DNA of 64,000 nucleotides from Flaccisagitta enflata. Its lineage: Eukaryota. The stretch lies in the NCBI GenBank assembly GCA_965153355.1, contig OZ231126.1, positions 248,001-312,000 on the forward strand, in the 5' to 3' direction. Made by a program: the position numbers and the translations under genes. A model generated the notes under the pieces. It ran no database searches and had not been told where the DNA came from. It saw only the letters and a list, made by a program, of their open reading frames with translations. Positions 59,222 through 64,000 of the stretch are shown one piece after another (position 1 is the first letter of the stretch; each line of letters opens with the position of its first letter).

Positions 59222-60873
59222 TTAAGGACCTTGAAATTTAAGGCTTTTTTGTAAAAAAATAAAACTGAAGCTTATTCATTGGCATAAAGAATATTAATGC
59301 AAAAGCATCCAAAAAGACCATTGCACAAGCTACTATCTTCGCTAAAAGAAACGCGACACCTTCTATCTACAATATCTTGGCTTCTAGAAAAGCTAGATAC
59401 TTTAAAAAAAAAGAAATTAATCTTCTTCAAAAGATCTACAAAATGAGTCTAATCTGGTGACTGTATCTTAAAGCGTTTAGAAATGGCAAGCAGAAGAAGG
59501 AAAATAGTCTTATTCAAAATTGATAAAAGACTGTGAAAAAAAAAAATAGATCAAATTTGATATAACTTTAACTTTTGTTATCTTAGCTTCTGAAGAAGCT
59601 AGATATTTTTCCAAAAAAGCAAATTAATCTATATCAAAATCTCGAAGGTGGGCTCAATCTGGATTCTGTAGCTCAAGCTTTTTAGAAATGGCAAGCAAAA
59701 GAGTAAGCCTTAATCAAAAATCATTGGCTTGCAAAAACTGTGGACAAATGAGAAGAGGTTATCACCCTTGTAAATGATTAAATGCGATATAAATTGCATT
59801 TTAGATCCACAGTCTTGTGTATTTTTCATAAAAATAACTTACTTGACCTCCACACTCTCTTAGTTATTGAATTTTGTCAGAGTATGGTCAGTAAATCATA
59901 CCTTTGCCAGGGTGTTGCGTTTCTTTTGGCGAAGATTAGTAATGGCATGCACAAGCAACTTAGATCATGTCATGAATATGACGTCAAATCTGCCAAGAAA
60001 AATGAAGTGCTTCACCCCACTTTTGCATCAGTAATGGACTAATTATCCATCCACAAATGTTTTCATTGCTCAAGTTGTCACTGGATACACTTGTTATGTA
60101 TGTCTGTTTCATATTTTATACTTTATGTTGCCTTTTGATAAGCAATTCTCACAGAAAATGACAAGAAAATGAAGAATTTCAGTGAAATTTTGTTGACATT
60201 TTTTTCTATTTTCTTAGGTCGAAATTATAAGAAAGCCACAACCAGAAAATTTTTGCATTTTCAAAAACTTAGTTCTCTCTAAAAACGATTTGGGAAGAGA
60301 ACTATGTTCTTTGTTTTTTTCATTTTTTCATTTTCTATGCAAACTTATAATTTCGACCAACCCCTTGTCAGTGACAAAAAAGATATTGGTAGAAATCTTC
60401 AGTAAATCTTCTTCATTAACATAAGCTAAATCTGAGTCTCTTGCTGAGTGGATGCAAATTTTGCTTTCAAACATCATGCATGTCTTATCTCAATCACTTT
60501 TATTCACTTGTTTTTTGATTTTCACTCATGTATATTTTCTATTTTGTCCCATTTTGATACCCTTAATGTTGGCTTCGTGGGCATGGTGTCATATGCAAAA
60601 TACTCATGCATATCATGTCTTAAATTTTTTTCAAGCACAGTATAGTTCTCAATTAAGAAAAAAATGATGCATGTCTTAAAAAAATAGGTCACAATTCCTT
60701 GTTGAGTACAAAACAGTTGGAAGCTTTAATTGGTCTGTCATCAAACTATATTGCACAGGTAAAAAAAACTGATTTTGAGAGCAACTGGTTGCATGGCTCT
60801 TCAGTTCACATAGGTCGTTTTCTTGCCTTCTGGAAGGCAAACTTTTTTATGATATCTTTTACCTCTATTTCAT

Positions 60874-61795
60874 TCAACAGGTCATGCTTAATAGAGTTAG
60901 GTAATGAAGTTTGTCTTGGCCAAGAGAAGTCCTTTGCTGATTTTTTATACATTTTGATTTTGAGAAAGACCTTATACCACTACAATTAGTCACCATAAGG
61001 GACAGATATATGTGCAATACTATGTTGACATTGGGATAAGCGGATTCAAGGCCATTTTCTTTTATCAGTTTGTACAGGGTGAACATTATCAAATGCAAAA
61101 AAGTATCAAGCTTTTGCTCCTAGACTCTTCATCTTCATGACCTGGAATCATTTTTCTCTTATAGTACTATGCTTGACGTTTTTTGTGTCAAAATTTCATG
61201 GGTCTGAGTTGAATAGTTTGTTCATAACATCAATTTGAAGTAAAATGAATATTTACAGCTTGAGCTTGATTACTGACTTTTTTCATCTGAGCAGTTTCTA
61301 TTGAAATTGTTTTGAAATTAAAACGAATTAAACCACAGATGCTACATTTGTCTTGAATGGAAGAGTGTCAAATTATCTTCCATTTGAGACCAATCTGGCA
61401 TTTATAGCTCAAGTCGTTTTCAAATGAGAGGAAATCAAAGAAAAACTTTCCTGTTTAAAAGAAGATTTTGAGCTTAAAATAAGCTTCTTCTAAAAATACC
61501 TCTATTACTTCAATTCAATGTTGTGGACAAAGTATCCAACTTAGATCCATGAAATTTTGACACAAAAAATGTCAAACATAGTACTTTAAGAAAAAAGTGA
61601 TTCCAGGTCATAAAAATGAAGCATGTAGGAGCAAAAGCTTAATACTTTTTTGCATTTGACAATGTTCACACTGTACATTTGTACCTCTTTATTCATTTTT
61701 TTATCCATACAAGCCCCCAAATCTGTTTTTAAGAGGGCTGAAAATTGAATCAGTTCTTCACTTAGGTGGTCTTCAAGATCTTCAGGGTATGCCAT
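60874..61795 (-). pseudogene. hAT transposase C-terminal (dimerisation domain) remnant, split by a MITE
   Basis: YPEDLEDHLSEELIQF..VQMY|KLIKENGLESAYPNVNIVLHIYLSLMVTNCSGIRSFSK..IKN..RTSLGQDKL resembles the hATC ERSFS motif; joins in frame after removing 61075-61675. Confidence 0.82.
61075..61673. mobile_element. Tc1/mariner-type MITE
   Basis: ~130-bp TIRs CAGGGTGAACATT.. / ..AATGTTCACACTG; TA TSD. Confidence 0.85.
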
Positions 61796-62009
61796 GACTA
61801 AGCTTTGGGAACATTTTTTAATCTTCCTTTTTCTCTTCCTTTTATTTTTTCCCCTTCCTCTTCCTCTTCCTCTTTCTTTTTTTCCTTTTTTTCCTTTTCC
61901 CCTTTTTTCCTCTTCCTTCTTTTTCTTCTTTTCCCCCTTGGGCGCGGGGCCCCCCTTGGGCGCGGGGCCCTAGGCAGTGCCTAATGTGCCTATAGGTTGT
62001 TCCGGCCCA

Positions 62010-62189
<180 letters not shown>

Positions 62190-62299
62190 GATCACACACA
62201 CATAAACCAACAAACACACAATCAGAGGAGAAGCTCAACAAATGTAAAAACAAATTAAAAAACGAATAAACAAACAAACAAACAAACAAACGAAGAAAC

Positions 62300-62332
<33 letters not shown>

Positions 62333-62842
62333 ACACACACACTCCAAAAAAACAAACAAACAAACAAACAGACAAACAAACAAGCAGACAAGCAAGCACG
62401 CAGACAAACAAAGACCCATCATTACCTTGCTTGAGCACAAACCTTCCAAAGCCTGGTTGATCGTGAATATCATCCACGCTAACAGGCAAATAATCTCCAA
62501 TTGGCGCCAAATCGCAAATTTCTAACCATACAAACAGACAAAGCAACAAACAAACAAACAAACAAACAAACAAACAAACAAACAAACAAACAAACAAACA
62601 AACAAACAAACAAACAAACAAACAAACAAACAAACAAACACACAAATGAACAAACAAACATTACCTTGCTTGAGCATAAACCTTCCAATGCCTGGTTGAT
62701 CGTGAATATCATCCACGCTAACAGGCAAATAATCTCCATTTGGCGCCAATTCGCAAATTTCGAACCATACAAACAGACAAAGCAACAAACAAACAAACAA
62801 ACAAACAAACACACAAATGAACAAACAAACACATATCATTAC

Positions 62843-63026
62843 CTTGCTTGAGCATAAACCTTCCAATGCCTGGTTGATCGTGAATATCATCCACGCTAAC
62901 AGGCAAATAATCTCCATTTGGCGCCAACTCGCATATTTCGAACCAAATCATTAAATCGTATTTGGAATGAAGAGACGCCGGACGACCCGTGAACTGCGGC
63001 AAAACACCGAACTTGGGCGAAGGCAC
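62843..63026 (-). CDS. KIF1A: KIF1A/unc-104 exon (DUF3694 start)
   Basis: [29 protein letters not shown]; acceptor cttag|, donor G|GTAATG (phase 1). Confidence 0.9.
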
Positions 63027-63031
63027 CTAAG

Positions 63032-63712
63032 AATGATGAATGAATGAATGAATGAATGAATGAATGAATGAATGAAAGGATGAATGAATGAATGAATGAA
63101 TGAATGAATGAATTATTGAACAAATAGATTAATTAATGAATGAATGACCGGCTGAATGGATGAAAGAATGAAAGCATGAATGAATAAATGAATGAATGAA
63201 TGAATAAATGAATTACTAAACAAATATATCAATTAATGAATGAATGACCGGCTGAATGGATGAAAGAATGAATGGATGAATTAATAAATGAATGGATGGA
63301 TAAAGCAACGAATGAATGGATGAACAACAGAAAAAAATAACGATTGGATGAACTAATGAATGAATAATCGAATGATTAAATAGATATATGGATGAAATCA
63401 CGGATGGATGGATCAAGGAATGAATAGATGAATGAACGATTGCATGAATAGTTAGATGAGTGAATAAATGAATGAATGAATGAATGAATGAATGAATGAA
63501 TGAATGAATGAATGAATGAATGCATGAATATATGGATGCTTAAATGGATAAAAGAACGATATGATGAATGGATGATCGTTCCAGTGTATGAATGGATGGT
63601 CGCATGAACGGATGAATGTATGGATGGATGGATCAAGGAATGAATGGATGAATAATTGATTGCATGAATGAATGAATGAATGAATGTATGAGTGAGTCAA
63701 TGAATGAATGAA
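63032..63712. repeat. (GAAT)n-derived low-complexity array filling a KIF1A intron
   Basis: Direct inspection. Confidence 0.92.
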
Positions 63713-63716
63713 TTAC

Positions 63717-64000
63717 CGGCGCTGAGATTGGCAGGCTGTGGGGGAAGTAATAATGACGCTGGAATCCGGCGCCACATCCGGTAGAATTGGCGCCGCCGAC
63801 GCCATTTCCGGCACCCACAACGCCGCCGCCTCTGACGAGATGATTGGGGACCGGGGGTCGGAGGATGTCGAGGATGTCCTTGGAGGCCAAGTTGGCGGGC
63901 GGTTGGTAGTGCCCGAAGACTTCGAAGACTATGGGTTGGTACTTGATGTAGTCGATGAAGGATTTGGTGACTGTGACGGTGATGTTCTGCGCGTGGCTGA
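63717..64000 (-). CDS. KIF1A: Kinesin-3 KIF1A/unc-104 exon (truncated by window edge)
   Basis: [29 protein letters not shown] is a KIF1A/B stalk motif; donor CCG|GTAATT. Confidence 0.9.

Overview
Repeat-dense eukaryotic DNA, most likely from an invertebrate animal. I found no rRNA, tRNA or CRISPR array, and most ORF-track entries are microsatellite artefacts. All gene models were built by hand from GT-AG sites and reading-frame phase, with no RNA or database evidence. Four spliced genes can be assembled. (1) A + strand, 5'-incomplete modular serine protease (kringle, discoidin-like, active trypsin, LDLa, dead trypsin, LDLa, coiled coil; 1944-5535) that appears to splice in phase onto two Kelch-repeat exons (7679-12980). 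(2) A + strand, 5-exon orphan single-pass membrane protein of about 476 aa (22247-40549). (3) Inside intron 3 of gene 2, a ~10.6-kb TIR DNA transposon (28255-38870) with a spliced ~886-aa DDE/CxxH transposase on the - strand, whose last exon is interrupted by a Helentron-like repeat that could be spliced out in frame. (4) The 3' half of kinesin-3 KIF1A/unc-104 on the - strand (64000 to 49859). Its stop codon is in the UGA-CUAG readthrough context and is followed by 105 in-frame sense codons. The rest of the window is microsatellites, two Helentron-associated (HINE/DINE-like) repeat families, several MITEs, and a nested 7-kb hAT element carrying a 20-bp satellite inside a KIF1A intron.
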